64,000 bases of DNA. Origin: Chiloscyllium plagiosum. Its lineage: Eukaryota. This document shows, piece after piece, positions 62,836 through 64,000 of the stretch. Numbering within the stretch: the first letter of the stretch is position 1; each line of letters opens with the position of its first letter. The stretch is taken from assembly GCF_004010195.1 (NCBI RefSeq), contig NC_057718.1, positions 95,074,003 through 95,138,002 of the forward strand, read 5' to 3'. The translations under genes and the position numbers were made by a program. The notes below the pieces were generated by a model, which ran no database searches, was not told where the DNA came from, and saw nothing but the letters and a program-made list of their open reading frames with translations.

Positions 62836-63079
62836 TCAAAATGAACTACAACTTTGTCCAGAGTCAGATTCTGCACTGAATGCTTCCTGTTCACAGCTTT
62901 TTATTTCACTTGGATAACTGCCCTCATTGAAGCTGTCTACCTGAGTTGATTGACAATCAAAATGGCTGACATCAGAACACGAGCAATTGACAAATACTTC
63001 CTCTGTTAATTGTTGTTTCAGTTCCTCAAATTCCTCTACTTGGAAGATATTAGTCTGTCCCAGTACAAAGTCACAGATC
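62836..63079 (-). CDS. Probable terminal coding exon of an unidentified host gene (upstream exons lie beyond the window)
   Basis: Acceptor ttttttggtttaaacAG at 63081-63080. 80 open codons ICDFVLGQTNIFQVEEFEELKQQLTEEVFVNCSCSDVSHFDCQSTQVDSFNEGSYPSEIKSCEQEAFSAESDSGQSCSSF, then TGA at 62838-62836. Followed by a long TE-free AT-rich tract. Confidence 0.7.
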
Positions 63080-63252
63080 CTGTTTAAACCAAAAAATATT
63101 TGTTACAAATTTAGAGCACTTTAAAATTTTCCCAGTTACCTTGTTTGTAAGAAACATTTATTAAATTCAGAAGCCAATGGTTTAGTTAGTAACAAGAGCA
63201 AACAGCTAAATAAGATGACCAGAAACTTTCAATCCCCAGTATACACACTGCA

Positions 63253-63575
63253 GGGGCGACATGGTGGCTAAGTGGTTAACACTGCTGCCTCACAGGGACC
63301 CAGGTTTGATTCCAGCCTCGGGCACCTGTCTGTGTGGAGTTTGCACATTCTCCCAGTGGGTTTCCTCTGGGTACTTCGGTTTTCTCCCACATCCAAAGAT
63401 GTGGGGGTTAGGTGAATTGTCCATGCAAAATTGCCCAGTATTCAGGGATGTATAGGTTAGGTGCATGAGTCAGGAGTAAATGTAGAGGAATGGGTTTGGG
63501 TGGGATACTCTGAGGGTCAGTGTAGACTTGTTGGGCCGAAGGGCCTGTTTCCACACAGTAGGGATTCTAATTCTA
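63253..63575 (+). mobile_element. HE1-like V-SINE (intronic)
   Basis: Consensus head, V-domain and tail. Confidence 0.85.
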
Positions 63576-64000
63576 ATTATTGTATTACACAATTTCAGAA
63601 CACTACATTTGAGCTTAACAACCCTGGGAGGAGGAAGGACAAAAGAGGAATTAAAAAACAGCACCAAATCGATTTTACTATTCAACAATAGTCACGAAAT
63701 GTGTTGATCTGGTGAGAACACGAGCCATTGCATAAAGCTGCTGAATGACTCACTCGTGTTCACTGCAATGATTCACAGCTGAAGCTTAGTCAAGTTCAAG
63801 AAAGATCTTACAGAAGCAACAAATACAACATGAGAATGTACCTAAAATTAATTTTTGAAGTAAACTAAAAAGTATGTGGTATATTGCTCAAAATGTAATC
63901 AAAAATACTAAAAAATAAATTACCAGAATTCATTTTATGTTTAGCACTAAAGCCCCCCACAATTCACATTCTGGGGTCATAGGAAGTCACGCAGGGAAAG

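Noticed and set aside
63773..63843. Possible extra minus-strand exon (ttttAG|GTACAT..., VHSHVVFVASVRSFLNLTKLQL*)
   Set aside because: Short pyrimidine tract and early stops in the frames checked. Its phase does not match the terminal exon, so it cannot be supported without RNA data.

Overview
This is eukaryotic, repeat-dense vertebrate DNA. The repeat repertoire (HE1-like V-SINEs, many CR1 LINEs, Penelope-like pseudo-LTRs, Tx1, L1, Rex/Babar, DeuSINE-like SINEs) points to a cartilaginous fish, probably a shark (inference). A 500-N assembly gap lies at 19211-19710. The large elements are a near-full-length decayed L1 (9163-14990, -), the 5' end of a second L1 (1-181, -), a near-full-length Tx1-clade LINE with a three-zinc-knuckle ORF1 (about 51749-56870, -) and a complete pogo-family DNA transposon with TIRs and TA TSD (28244-30285, -). 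Around them are dozens of CR1, L2, Rex, SINE and MITE fragments. The only convincing host coding sequence is an 80-codon terminal exon on the minus strand (63079-62836) that the ORF track misses; a repeat-free 3' UTR of about 2.2 kb follows it, and I cannot name the gene. The most interesting hidden structure is a set of short Penelope-type pseudo-LTR insertions, often as inverted hairpin pairs with 13-15 bp TSDs. They carry minimal hammerhead-ribozyme cores (CUGANGA-A-stemII-GAAA-CGUC) in three sequence families; the best copy is at 46733-46770. Most ORF-track ORFs are spurious frames of repeats. Repeat boundaries are approximate unless a TSD or TIR is cited.
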